Source of the DNA: Clostridia bacterium
GTDB taxonomy: Bacteria > Bacillota > Clostridia > DUPQ01
Direction of reading: 5' to 3'
Length of the DNA stretch: 64,000 nt
NCBI GenBank assembly: GCA_041678685.1
Contig: JBAYNV010000002.1
Coordinates: 246-64,245, forward strand
Shown: positions 1-8,513 of the stretch, one piece after another
How positions within the stretch are numbered: position 1 is the first letter of the stretch
Layout: every line of letters begins with the position of its first letter
Translations under genes and position numbers: made by a program
Notes under the pieces: generated by a model
What the model was told of the DNA's origin: nothing
What the model saw: the letters and a program-made list of their open reading frames with translations, nothing else
Database searches by the model: none

Positions 1-651
1 TGGCTATTTGTCGTGTTTGCTGTCGTAACGACAATAGTAGCATTTTCGTCTACGAAGAACGAAAATGGTGTAGCTGTCATATTCGGTAAAATGCCTATAT
101 CGATCGTATCAGATTCAATGAGTCCTACCTTTAAAACAGGGGATCTGATATTCAGCAGGGCATTAGCTGTTGAGGAAAAAGCGGATCTGGCTGTAGATGA
201 CATCATAACCTATAAGGTTGATCTTAATGGTGATGGGTATACTGAGCTGAATACGCACAGGATCGTAGGAGTCAGATCAGAAGGTGGTTTTGTGTATTAC
301 ACAACCAAAGGCGATAATGTTCAGACCAATCCTGTCGCCGATGCTGAAGAAGTACGTTATGAGAACGTTCTCGGTGTATTTACTGGTAATAAGATCGCCA
401 TAATTGGCGGGATATTAACCTTCCTACAGACTTCAACAGGTTTCCTTGTATGTATAGTTATTCCATTATTGTTATTTCTGCTTTATGAAGTATATAACTT
501 TATTAAAGTTATGATAACTGTAAAATCAGAAAAGCAGAATAAGGAATACGAAGAGGAAATCAAGAAGAAAGCCATTGAGGAATATCTTGCGCAACAGAAT
601 GCCGCAGGCGGAACTCAGGATAAGAAACCTGCAGATCCTGACAAGACATAA
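1..651 (+). CDS. SipW-type (S26B, ER/archaeal-type) signal peptidase I, N-terminally truncated by window edge
   Basis: Frame 1 is open from nt 1 (WLFVVFAVVTTIVAF TM segment), so the real start lies upstream. Catalytic motifs SDSMSP (Ser), GDLIF, THRIVGV (His), TKGDNV are present. A C-terminal TM anchor is followed by a Lys/Glu-rich tail, matching SipW architecture. Confidence 0.7.
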   Translation, partial: WLFVVFAVVTTIVAFSSTKNENGVAVIFGKMPISIVSDSMSPTFKTGDLIFSRALAVEEKADLAVDDIITYKVDLNGDGYTELNTHRIVGVRSEGGFVYYTTKGDNVQTNPVADAEEVRYENVLGVFTGNKIAIIGGILTFLQTSTGFLVCIVIPLLLFLLYEVYNFIKVMITVKSEKQNKEYEEEIKKKAIEEYLAQQNAAGGTQDKKPADPDKT

Positions 652-681
652 GATATGAATCAGTAAAGGGTTAATAATATT

Positions 682-2301
682 ATGGATGCTTTTTTAGGAT
701 GGTTTTTTGAGTTCATGAATTTCATGCTGCAAGGGATAATAAAATTCTTTGTAGGAATATTTGATGGGATAGTACAGACTTTCAATGTAGTCAGCTATAT
801 CAACATATTCAGGACTCATTACCAGAACTTTACGACTATAGACTGGATTTTCACGATACTGTCCATAATATTGATAATCGCTGTATGGCTTACCATATTT
901 GTTCTTATTTACATTGGAGTACGAAAAATCATCCGTATCCGTAAAAGCGTCGTATCTCAGGAAAGCATCTTTGAAGAGATAACTGACCTTCATAAAGAAA
1001 TAATGAGGCTGAACGATGAAAAAGACAGGATTCTGTCTTTGAAAGTGTCTCAGGCAGGTATTTCAGCTAAGGATCTTGCACGTGAGTTATCTGATATAAC
1101 AGCAAAATCATACGAAAAGATTCAGGAACAGGATGGCATACAGATACCCGATATGAGCACAGAACAAGGTATGGTTACTGTAGGAAAATCTGAAAAAGCA
1201 GCTATCAAACCCGCTTCCGAGGCAAGCAGATTCAATAAGCTTATTGAGGTCGATGAAAAATATACGTATTATACTCCGGGGGAATACGTTACCGGTTTTA
1301 CGCTCGAACAGCTCTGTATAGATATAAGGAATTTTGCCTGCAGTAAAATGAACCTTTATTATGAACAGGATATGATAAGGGTGTTGATCGCCAGTATGGC
1401 ATCCACAAAGCTCATATTACTACAGGGTATGTCTGGAACGGGTAAAACGTCACTGCCATATTGTTTAGGTAAATTTTTCATTTGCGATGCGACGATGACT
1501 TCTGTTCAGCCTTCCTGGAGGGATAGGACAGAGCTGTTCGGATATTTCAATGAATTCACAAAAAAGTTCAATGAAACCGAAGTGTTGAAAAGGATATACG
1601 AAGCTTCATATAATGACAACATCAATCTTATAGTTTTGGATGAAATGAATATTGCCCGTGTTGAATACTACTTCGCAGAAATGCTTTCGATTTTGGAAAT
1701 GCCCGATTCTGAGCAGTGGAAACTTGAAATAGTCCCAAGCACATGGCCTACAGACCCAAGAAACCTTGTTGACGGCAAGCTGAAGATATCTGAGAACATA
1801 TGGTATCTTGGTACAGCTAATAACGACGATTCCACATTTGCAGTTTCTGATAAGGTATATGACCGTGCATTTACGATCAATTTCGAAGCAAAAGGGCAGC
1901 CTTTTGATGCTCCTTTGACAGAACCGAGAAGCATAAGTTTCTCATATCTTGAGGAACTGTACAGCGATGCGTGGGAAAAATATCCTGTTACCAAAGACAA
2001 TCTGGATAAAATTGCCAAGCTCGACATATACATAATACAGAAATTCAGAATCGCTTTTGGTAATCGTATAATGAAGCAGCTATATGAATTTGTACCTGTT
2101 TACGTCGGATGCGGTGGAACAGAGATAGATGGTATAGACTATGTTCTATATACTAAAGTATTCAGGAAATTCGAAAGCCTGAACCTTTCTCTTATAAGGG
2201 AGGATATCAAGGAGCTTATTTTATATTTGACCAAGAGTTTTGGCAAAAATAATATGAATCAGTGTAAAGCATATCTGGAACGTTTGCAGAAAATGTATTG
2301 A
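682..2301 (+). CDS. McrB-family (AAA_5) GTPase with N-terminal transmembrane helices and coiled coil; no DNA-binding domain
   Basis: Walker A is LLQGMSGTGKTS. A block-by-block match to the E. coli McrB GTPase domain: VQPSWRDRTELFGYF aligns to QSYSYEDFIQGY, LIVLDEMNIARVEYYFAEMLSILE to IIDEINRANLSKVFGEVMMLME, and YLGTANNDDSTFAVSDKVYDRAFTI to IIGLMNTADRSLAVVDYALRRRFSFI (NxxD GTP-specificity motif present). The N-terminal ~100 aa has 1-2 hydrophobic TM segments followed by a predicted coiled coil. RBS lies upstream. Confidence 0.75.
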   Translation: MDAFLGWFFEFMNFMLQGIIKFFVGIFDGIVQTFNVVSYINIFRTHYQNFTTIDWIFTILSIILIIAVWLTIFVLIYIGVRKIIRIRKSVVSQESIFEEITDLHKEIMRLNDEKDRILSLKVSQAGISAKDLARELSDITAKSYEKIQEQDGIQIPDMSTEQGMVTVGKSEKAAIKPASEASRFNKLIEVDEKYTYYTPGEYVTGFTLEQLCIDIRNFACSKMNLYYEQDMIRVLIASMASTKLILLQGMSGTGKTSLPYCLGKFFICDATMTSVQPSWRDRTELFGYFNEFTKKFNETEVLKRIYEASYNDNINLIVLDEMNIARVEYYFAEMLSILEMPDSEQWKLEIVPSTWPTDPRNLVDGKLKISENIWYLGTANNDDSTFAVSDKVYDRAFTINFEAKGQPFDAPLTEPRSISFSYLEELYSDAWEKYPVTKDNLDKIAKLDIYIIQKFRIAFGNRIMKQLYEFVPVYVGCGGTEIDGIDYVLYTKVFRKFESLNLSLIREDIKELILYLTKSFGKNNMNQCKAYLERLQKMY

Positions 2302-2327
2302 TACTGATCTAGAAGGAGGCGACTATT

Positions 2328-4025
2328 TTGCCAAATCAGAAGAATAAACTCAAGCTTGATGAAAATATCCAAAATTCAATATATGAAGATACGACTTCGT
2401 TCATTTCATACATATATGATGATTATGATTTTTATCAGTCTCTGGTCGATAAAATGACTAAAGGCGAAGGCACGGCAACTCTTAACAGAAAAGTATTACA
2501 GAAGAATATAGATGAAATATGGGTAAAACGCATAGAAGATGCTTTACCTTCTTTAGATATCGTTATCCGTACCACTCGGAAAGATATAAAAGAAGTGGAG
2601 GAGATCTTACCTATCGAGTTATCCAGAAGCATTACCGTGAAGTCGCTGCAGCATCTGGCTACACATACGAATTTTATCGACAAGGTGGATGAAGAGGGTA
2701 ATATCACTCCTAACAAATTATTGAATGTGTTTAAGGATGAAGACATATTTACATATGAAAATAAATTCATAAACACGCTTATATATAAGCTGAATCTTTT
2801 TATTGAAAACAGGTATGAGAAATTAAAAGAATACGGAGCAGATGAGATAGCGAACGAAATGTTATTTGATCTAAATATGAAAGTCGCCGATACCGATGTC
2901 AAGCTGAGTTTCAAAATAGAGACTAAAGACAGACCGGATGAAGAAGACAGGGATAAGGATCTCAGTATTAATATCGCGGATGATATGTCGAAAACATCTT
3001 TATGGAAGAGAGTATTAAGATTAAAGAAAATCGTAAATAAATATGAAGGTTCACCTTTTGCCAAAAACATGGGTAAAGCATATGTAAGACCTCCAATAAT
3101 GAGAACAAATGCAATTACCAAAAACATATATCTTAGGGAGTGCCTTGAACTGTGGTTATTCATAGAAAGCTATGAAAGCGCCGGTTTTGCTATAGAGAGC
3201 AGTGCGATTTCCGAGAAACCAAACGAAGAGCTGATAAGGAATCTGTATTCGCTTCTCGCTTTCCAATATGTGATTTTCCGAAAAAACACCGGTAATGATA
3301 TAAGCTATGTAACTGCCAACAGAAAATATGTTTCGAAATTCAAACCGAAGTTTATAAGATCGTATCAGGATGTACAGACCGATGAATATGATTTTACTCA
3401 GGGTGCGATAAGAAAAGTATATATTACAGATATCAACAGTAAAAGAAAACTGACTGAAGAAGAGGTCAAAATAAAAAACGCTGTGGATAATGCTCTTTTA
3501 AATGAATGCAGATTACAGATCAGGGAAGAAAAGATCGTAAAAGCTGAAGCTGCCAGGAAGAAAGCAAAAGCAGAGGCAGAAAAAAAGAAAGCTAGGGATG
3601 AAGCTGCAAAGAGAAGAACAAAAGCAGCTGCAGAAAAAAAGAGAGTTCATGAGGAAAAAGCAAGGCAAAGAGCTGAAGCAGCTGAAGCTAAAAGTCGTTC
3701 AATAGAAGAAGCTGTAAGGAAAAAAGCTGAGTTTGATGAAGCGAAAAGGAAAGCTAAAGAAGAGGCTGTTATCCATAAAGCGGAGATCGCAAAGCAGAAA
3801 GCTGAATCTGAAGCAAAACTAAAAGTCCATAAACTTGCAGTAAGAAATATGCGTAAGATAGAAGAAGCTGTCAGGAAAGTTGAAGAGGCTGCAAATGCAA
3901 GTATGGCTGAGCTTGAATATGAAGGACCTAGAATAGATAGAGCGGAATCAGATGCGATAAGAAAAGCTAAAATCGAAGCCATTGCAGAAGCAGCACTGGA
4001 TAAGGTCAAAGGAGACCGTGAGTGA
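2328..4025 (+). CDS. 565-aa protein: ~390-aa globular N-region plus ~170-aa Lys/Ala/Glu-rich helical C-terminal tail; candidate partner of the McrB-like GTPase
   Basis: TTG start with RBS GAAGGAGG 8 nt upstream and an in-frame stop just upstream, so no signal peptide. Sits 26 nt downstream of the GTPase gene. C-terminal tail is repetitive KAEAARKKAKAEAEKKKARDEAAKRR... (TolA-domain-II-like composition). No nuclease motif recognised by eye. Confidence 0.6.
   Translation: MPNQKNKLKLDENIQNSIYEDTTSFISYIYDDYDFYQSLVDKMTKGEGTATLNRKVLQKNIDEIWVKRIEDALPSLDIVIRTTRKDIKEVEEILPIELSRSITVKSLQHLATHTNFIDKVDEEGNITPNKLLNVFKDEDIFTYENKFINTLIYKLNLFIENRYEKLKEYGADEIANEMLFDLNMKVADTDVKLSFKIETKDRPDEEDRDKDLSINIADDMSKTSLWKRVLRLKKIVNKYEGSPFAKNMGKAYVRPPIMRTNAITKNIYLRECLELWLFIESYESAGFAIESSAISEKPNEELIRNLYSLLAFQYVIFRKNTGNDISYVTANRKYVSKFKPKFIRSYQDVQTDEYDFTQGAIRKVYITDINSKRKLTEEEVKIKNAVDNALLNECRLQIREEKIVKAEAARKKAKAEAEKKKARDEAAKRRTKAAAEKKRVHEEKARQRAEAAEAKSRSIEEAVRKKAEFDEAKRKAKEEAVIHKAEIAKQKAESEAKLKVHKLAVRNMRKIEEAVRKVEEAANASMAELEYEGPRIDRAESDAIRKAKIEAIAEAALDKVKGDRE
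3520..4020 (+). repeat. purine-rich low-complexity coding tract (Lys/Ala/Glu repeats) inside the 2328-4025 gene
   Basis: Reiterated aaagc(t/a)gaagc / gaaaaaaaga units encoding KAEA/AKKK/EEAV repeats. Confidence 0.7.
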
Positions 4026-4621
4026 AAATATTTACCAGAAAAAGAAATCTTAAGAATGCGATAACTGTGATATGCATCATATTGCTGGCAATTCTTGTAA
4101 TAATATTGGGTAATATAATGTATGCGCAGATCAATGATCAGATACCGGATTTCTTCGGATACAGTATTATAAACATCATTTCATCGAGTATGGAACCAGC
4201 GATACCGACAAATACCTTTATATTGATAAAAGAGGTGGATCCTTCCGAATTGGAAGTCGGAGATATAATCACTTTTTATTCAAAGGACCCCATGATCCTG
4301 GGGCTCCCAAATACCCATAGAATAAAAAGTATTATAATTGATGGAGACATACTGTCTTTCATTACAAAAGGTGACTCAAATTCTATAAGTGATGAATATG
4401 CGGTCGGTCAGAACGACATAATAGGCGTATATGTGAAATCTGTTTTAACATTTGGCAAATTCGGGAGTATTTTTCAAAACAAGGCTATCATATTCGTTTT
4501 GTTGGTCATACCGGCAGCCGTGTTATTTATCATCGAACTGATCAATATGGTCAGGACAGCTAAAATAGTACATAAGGAAAAAGACAAGACTGAAGAAAAA
4601 GATATCAGCCATGAATTGTGA
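4022..4621 (+). CDS. SipW-type (S26B) signal peptidase I, second paralog
   Basis: GTG start overlaps the upstream stop (GTGA). N-terminal TM (ITVICIILLAILVIIL), catalytic SSSMEP, GDIITF, THRIKSI, TKGDSN, C-terminal TM and a charged tail. Confidence 0.75.
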   Translation: MKIFTRKRNLKNAITVICIILLAILVIILGNIMYAQINDQIPDFFGYSIINIISSSMEPAIPTNTFILIKEVDPSELEVGDIITFYSKDPMILGLPNTHRIKSIIIDGDILSFITKGDSNSISDEYAVGQNDIIGVYVKSVLTFGKFGSIFQNKAIIFVLLVIPAAVLFIIELINMVRTAKIVHKEKDKTEEKDISHEL

Positions 4622-4656
4622 AGATATGAAAAATGTCAGAAGGGAGGTAGAGATCT

Positions 4657-5259
4657 GTGAGTGAAAAAGAGCAGGAAAAAATATCAGAAGAAGTAAAATC
4701 CATAACTGATGCGGAGCACTCAGTAAAAGAGGGCAAAGCTGAGAAGAAAAGAAAGACCGCTTATGCAAATGAGAATGATGAAGATTACCAGTTCTTATTA
4801 AGAAAGAATTTCTACAACCATGAAGACAGGTTGAAAAAGAAACAATTATTCTCCATGAGGATACTTAGTGTCGTACTTTTAGCAATGCTCATAATATTCG
4901 TTTCCCTGTATCTGGTCAAACTCAACGACAGCACTATGCTTCTGGATAAGATGATCGGAGCATCGGTGGAGTATGTATATGAGAATGTCACATATATAGA
5001 GGACAGTCAGATAAAGTTTGTGGAAGTCGTGTCGGAGTTGAATGTGATACGTACACTGATGAATCACAACGGATCATCTTCGACAAAACAATATTGCATA
5101 AGTGAGCTTTATTATATAGCTGTGCAGCTTCCGGACACTTTTATAAACCATAGGAGCGAGATCTATACAGCTTTTAAAAATCTGACCGAAAATAAAGAGG
5201 ATGTGGCATATGCATTATTAGATGAATTACTTAATAAAATAGTTGATGAAAGAAAGTAG
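4657..5259 (+). CDS. hypothetical single-pass membrane protein (charged 60-aa N-region, signal-anchor-like TM, ~110-aa C-domain)
   Basis: GTG start with RBS AGGGAGG 9 nt upstream. TM segment ILSVVLLAMLIIFVSLYLV. No recognisable family. Confidence 0.5.
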   Translation: MSEKEQEKISEEVKSITDAEHSVKEGKAEKKRKTAYANENDEDYQFLLRKNFYNHEDRLKKKQLFSMRILSVVLLAMLIIFVSLYLVKLNDSTMLLDKMIGASVEYVYENVTYIEDSQIKFVEVVSELNVIRTLMNHNGSSSTKQYCISELYYIAVQLPDTFINHRSEIYTAFKNLTENKEDVAYALLDELLNKIVDERK

Positions 5260-5267
5260 GTGGTTAC

Positions 5268-5492
5268 ATGTTCAGAAAAATGAAGTTAAAACATGAAATG
5301 AAAAAGAACTGCGAAGCCATAGAAGTATTGGAAAAAAAGCGTTATCGTTCTCAGTCAGGTCTGGTGGAAGCTATATTGAAAAATGAAACCCCTGACGATC
5401 AGGATGTTGAGTATTTCAATAAATACACCTCTGAAATTGAAAAATTAAGGAGAGAAATAAGAGCTATGAAAAAGGAGCTTGAGAGTTTATAA
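5268..5492 (+). CDS. small basic coiled-coil protein, 74 aa, hypothetical
   Basis: ATG preceded by an AGGTGG-like RBS. Sits 9 nt after the upstream gene. C-terminal heptad-like EIEKLRREIRAMKKELESL. Confidence 0.4.
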   Translation: MFRKMKLKHEMKKNCEAIEVLEKKRYRSQSGLVEAILKNETPDDQDVEYFNKYTSEIEKLRREIRAMKKELESL

Positions 5493-5558
5493 CGTGGAAG
5501 AGAGAAGCGGTTATTCTCAAAAAACAGTGATAATGCTCATTAACAGGATGAGGCAGAT

Positions 5559-7826
5559 GTGATGAAAAAGAAGTTCAGTTTTAAAAGTGCATATCTGTTT
5601 CCTTTTCTTGGAGTGTTTCTGTTTCTTCTCATTTTCATCATGTTGTATCAGATGAGATATTCTATAAGCCAATTTGTTATGGAACAGGCTTCAACAGATA
5701 CTGAGATAATAACCAGGGAAAAAGCATCACTTTTCAGTTCATTGCTTGAAAACCACATCATCGAGGCGGAAAACATACTGGATTATTCAATATCATCTTT
5801 TAAAACTATAGACAATGAGTTTGATGCGAGGGAAGAGCTTGCTGATTACTTCAGGGGCAAGAATTGTACGAAATTCTTCTATATCATGAACGATGAAAGA
5901 GTATACGACCAGGATGCAAGATTGTATCTGACAATCGAGGATAATCTGGAAACCCTTATAGAAAAATCAGAGACAGCAGTGAGCGAACCATTCATAGACG
6001 ATATAACTGGTATGGAGCTGATCATCATATATATAGACAACCCTGACGATCAGAGCGAGGTAAAAGGGATCGCAGCATATTATAAGGCATCAAGCCTGTA
6101 TATGGTAAGCGAATTCTTCGAAGCTGAAAGTGGAAGCTACTATATTCTGGACAAAAACGGAAATGCTGTGTTTTCACAGGATAAAGGGATCACACTCCTG
6201 GGTATTATGACAGAGCATTCATTCGCAGAGGATGAAATTTCTGATCTTCAGGCGTTTATAACCGCAGACGGGACAACAGAAACAAAGATCAGCAGTTACG
6301 ACAGCACAGTAATAAGTATAAGCAAAATAAGTAATATGTCGGACTGGTATGCCGTATCTATTCTGCAAAGCAGTATCATTTCCGAGAAAACAGCTTCTGT
6401 AGTGGATCAGACAATGTTGATAAGCGGCATTATAATGGCAGTATTCCTGGTATTGATAATGATCTTTCTGGCATCAGACAGGAATTCGACAAGGCAAATG
6501 GAAAGGCTCCAGAGCATAGATACTATTGCTGAATGCAGTAATCAATTCAAGTTCGAACTTGATGCTCAGGAGTTATTGAGAGTAAATAAAACAACAAAAT
6601 ATGCTATCCTGTATATCAATATCCTGAATTTTAAACACATAAAGCAGCTGTTACCTAGTGCTGAAGTGAACACTATGGTAAAGAACCTGTCAGATGTATT
6701 AAAAAAATCGGTCATCAAGAACCTGGAAACATATGGCAGAACATCTGACGGTCGTTTTGTCGTACTGATCATTTACAAGGAGATATTTGAAATACAAAAC
6801 CGTTATGAGGAGATCGTAAAGAATCTGAATGATATCGGTCCTGTAAGCGGATATGCAATGAGGACAAATGCAGGAGTTTATTGTGTTGACAGGACATCAA
6901 GATATCATATCACTGAAATGATAGACAGGGCTGCATTTGCACAGAATTCGTTAAAAGAAGATTCAAGCCAGACATTGGAATTCTACCATCAGAAGAGCCA
7001 TGAGGACCTGATGAAAACTATTGCTCTTGAGGGATTCATGGAAAAAGCTTTAAAAAATGATGAGTTCGTTATCTATCTTCAGCCTAAATATGATATACAG
7101 CATAACCGTATAGACGGAGCTGAAGCACTTGTCAGATGGATCAGGCCGAATGAAGGTATCGTATCTCCTTCACAGTTCATCAATCTTTTCGAAAGAAGCG
7201 GGTATATTTCCGCACTGGATAAGTTCGTTTTCACGGAAATATGCAAATTCCAGAATAACCGCTCCAGAGAAAATAAGCGGGTCATCCCGATATCGATAAA
7301 TGTATCGCGTGCAAGTGCGGAAAAAGAAGACTTTTTGGACTATTATGTGAGCACAAAAAAGAAATACCAGGTACCTGACAGATTTCTTGAACTGGAATTC
7401 ACAGAAAGCCGTGCATTAGAAGATTATGAAACATTGGGAAAGAGGATAACTGAACTGAAACAAAACGGGTTTGTATGTTCGATTGATGATTTCGGAGCTG
7501 GTTATTCATCATTTAAAGCATTACAGGCATTGGATTTTGATATCATAAAGTTAGATGCTTCCTTCCTTGAGAATCCCTCAGGTAATGAGGAAAAAAACAT
7601 GAACCTGATCTCAGGAGTTATAGCGATGGCCAGATCACTTAAGATGAAGGTCATAGCTGAAGGCGTTGAAACAAAAGCTGAACTGAAAATGCTGCGCGAA
7701 CTGAAATGTGATGTCATACAGGGTTACCTATATGCTCACCCGATGAACATGGCCGATTATTCTATATTTGTCGAAAAAGCTTTAAATATGAAAAGCAGCA
7801 GCTTCCTGGCAGATGAAGAGGGATGA
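5559..7826 (+). CDS. membrane sensor with extracytoplasmic domain, degenerate GGDEF and intact EAL domain (c-di-GMP phosphodiesterase)
   Basis: Two TM segments flank a ~250-aa extracytoplasmic region. The GGDEF position reads SDGRF (degenerate). EAL motifs are intact: GAEALVRW, INVS, ELEFTES, DDFGAGYSS, KLD, EGVET, QGYLY. Confidence 0.8.
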   Translation: MMKKKFSFKSAYLFPFLGVFLFLLIFIMLYQMRYSISQFVMEQASTDTEIITREKASLFSSLLENHIIEAENILDYSISSFKTIDNEFDAREELADYFRGKNCTKFFYIMNDERVYDQDARLYLTIEDNLETLIEKSETAVSEPFIDDITGMELIIIYIDNPDDQSEVKGIAAYYKASSLYMVSEFFEAESGSYYILDKNGNAVFSQDKGITLLGIMTEHSFAEDEISDLQAFITADGTTETKISSYDSTVISISKISNMSDWYAVSILQSSIISEKTASVVDQTMLISGIIMAVFLVLIMIFLASDRNSTRQMERLQSIDTIAECSNQFKFELDAQELLRVNKTTKYAILYINILNFKHIKQLLPSAEVNTMVKNLSDVLKKSVIKNLETYGRTSDGRFVVLIIYKEIFEIQNRYEEIVKNLNDIGPVSGYAMRTNAGVYCVDRTSRYHITEMIDRAAFAQNSLKEDSSQTLEFYHQKSHEDLMKTIALEGFMEKALKNDEFVIYLQPKYDIQHNRIDGAEALVRWIRPNEGIVSPSQFINLFERSGYISALDKFVFTEICKFQNNRSRENKRVIPISINVSRASAEKEDFLDYYVSTKKKYQVPDRFLELEFTESRALEDYETLGKRITELKQNGFVCSIDDFGAGYSSFKALQALDFDIIKLDASFLENPSGNEEKNMNLISGVIAMARSLKMKVIAEGVETKAELKMLRELKCDVIQGYLYAHPMNMADYSIFVEKALNMKSSSFLADEEG

Positions 7827-7928
7827 TGCCAAAATGGACAAATGGAAAGAAACGGATTTTTGGATATCCGGGGCAGAAGGAAGAGTCATAAGATCAGATC
7901 ATGATATATATATTGAGGTGTATAACGA

Positions 7929-8513
7929 ATGCCAAGGATAATTTCCGGTATAAAGAAAGGTTTGAATCTTATACCTCCGAAAAATGACGATGTCCGTCCT
8001 ACCTATGACCGTGCGAAGGAAGGACTGTTCAATATCCTTGCATCCAGGTATCCTGTTGAGGGAGGTCATATACTCGATCTGTTTTCGGGAACGGGAAGCA
8101 TAGGTCTTGAATGCATATCACGGGGTGCAGATCGGGTCGTCTTTGTTGATAAACAGACTACATTGACAAAAACCAATATAGATAAATGCGGATTTACGCA
8201 ATCATGTGATACGATACAGATGGATTGCATAAAAGCATTGGCATTCCTGAAAGCATCAGGATCCAGGTTTACTCATGTTTTTTTAGATCCTCCATATAAT
8301 AAAGGCTTATATGAAAGAGTTATTGAAAATGAATGCTTGTGTGATATAATTGATGAAAACAGTGTTGTAATAGCAGAGTTGTCAGATAAAGAGAAAGTAT
8401 TGGAATCATGTAAGGATCTGATACTTATGGATAAAAGGAAATACGGAATAAGCGTTTTTGCAATATACAGGAAGAGGAACAATGAATATTTGGATTTGCC
8501 CGGGCAGTTTTGA
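7929..8513 (+). CDS. rsmD: 16S rRNA (guanine966-N2)-methyltransferase RsmD
   Basis: [12 protein letters not shown]...[15 protein letters not shown] and the SAM motif [13 protein letters not shown]; followed by coaD, the conserved arrangement. Confidence 0.85.
   Translation: MPRIISGIKKGLNLIPPKNDDVRPTYDRAKEGLFNILASRYPVEGGHILDLFSGTGSIGLECISRGADRVVFVDKQTTLTKTNIDKCGFTQSCDTIQMDCIKALAFLKASGSRFTHVFLDPPYNKGLYERVIENECLCDIIDENSVVIAELSDKEKVLESCKDLILMDKRKYGISVFAIYRKRNNEYLDLPGQF

Noticed and set aside
13-651. GTG at nt 13 as the start of the first signal peptidase
   Set aside because: Frame 1 is open back to nt 1 and encodes the expected N-terminal TM helix, so the gene is truncated by the window rather than starting at 13.
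2435-4009. Antisense ORFs 2435-3163 (242 aa) and 3647-4009 (120 aa) opposite the coiled-coil protein gene
   Set aside because: Translations are Ser/Leu/Ala-rich low-complexity mirror images of the purine-rich + strand repeats. No RBS; embedded in a strongly supported + strand gene.
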